DNA of 63,494 nucleotides, counting the filler, from Octopus bimaculoides (Eukaryota): assembly GCF_001194135.2 (NCBI RefSeq). It is 5 parts of 4 records of this genome, joined end to end, with 100 filler letters (N's around TTAATTAATTAA, not from the genome) between each part and the next. Parts side by side here need not be neighbours in the genome. Positions count along the whole stretch, not along the records: positions 60,493 to 63,494 come from NC_068997.1; 4 more parts are not named here. One strand, written 5' to 3'. Each line of letters opens with the position of its first letter. Position 1 is the first letter of the stretch. A model generated the notes under the pieces. It searched no databases, had not been told where the DNA came from, and was given only the letters and a program-made list of their open reading frames with translations. Made by a program: the position numbers and the translations under genes. This document shows, piece after piece, positions 62,789 to 63,494 of this stretch.

Positions 62789-63494
62789 CCCCCCACCACC
62801 ACCACCACCAACCTCCCACTATTTTGCTGAAACTAATACTTGGTGAAAAAAAGGAATGTCTACGGTTAGTGGCGGCAGTACTTAACGTAAGATATAGTGG
62901 TGTGTGACACGAGACACGGCACTAAATTTCTCCCTTGTTCGTTGAGGTATAATGCGGTGAACTCGGCTTAACCAGGAAAGAGCGTTACTTATTGCTGACG
63001 GATCGCCTTGCTGATATGAAGCGGCCATTTTGTACCGTTTTACACTTTCTGCGATAAGAATAGGGCTCCGGTTGCTACTGTCTAAATACTTTTCACAGCT
63101 AGGGTTACTTACCTCTCGTAAATGATTTTTAACTTGACATTTCAATCTTTAGGTGGGATTTTAGGGATTTTTTTCATTGTTTATTTCTGTGTGTGTTTTT
63201 TTTCTTGTGTGTGTCTTTGGTTGTTATTGGATTTGTTTTGAGGTTCCTTTGTTTCGTCGTTGACTTTTGGTTTTCAAAGAAAGATGAGAAGTTGAATAAG
63301 AGATATAGGGTTAATCGTGTTTGTCACGCATGTTTGTGTACGCATACATACATACATACATACATACATACAAACATGCATGCATAGTAACATGCATGCA
63401 TTCATATCCAATACAAATATACGCAGACACATATACGTATATAAGCATATATGTGTATGTATGTATATATGCGTGCATGTGTATGTATATATAT

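Overview
Eukaryotic, AT-rich, gap-rich DNA dominated by (TA)n/(CA)n/(CATA)n/(GATA)n/(ATT)n microsatellites and dispersed repeats. The SINE families and microsatellite load look like an octopus (coleoid cephalopod) genome; this is inference, not a database match. I find no intact protein-coding gene, rRNA, true tRNA or CRISPR array, and nearly all supplied ORFs are microsatellite read-through. Supported content: about 30 copies of four tRNA-headed SINE families (my labels A-D); an (ATT)n-flanked repeat (E); a LINE-tail-type repeat (F); and decayed coding remnants of a mariner transposase, a HERO-type non-LTR element, a Penelope-like RT, a Helitron PIF1-like helicase, a CGGBP1-like hAT transposase and an R4/Dong-like restriction-like endonuclease (3 copies). 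There are also non-autonomous Helitron/Helentron-like and TIR elements and a 22-bp minisatellite with higher-order structure. Most interesting: (i) two homologous minimal type-I hammerhead ribozyme motifs in Penelope-pLTR-like fragments with compensatory stem changes; (ii) a 5-kb cluster of fold-back structures (about 200-bp inverted duplication, self-inverted SINE, 41-bp perfect palindrome) that would give dsRNA if transcribed; (iii) a tandem CRE next to a CpG-rich island. Four 44N-TTAATTAATTAA-44N blocks are artificial assembly spacers. Repeat boundaries were read by eye and are approximate.
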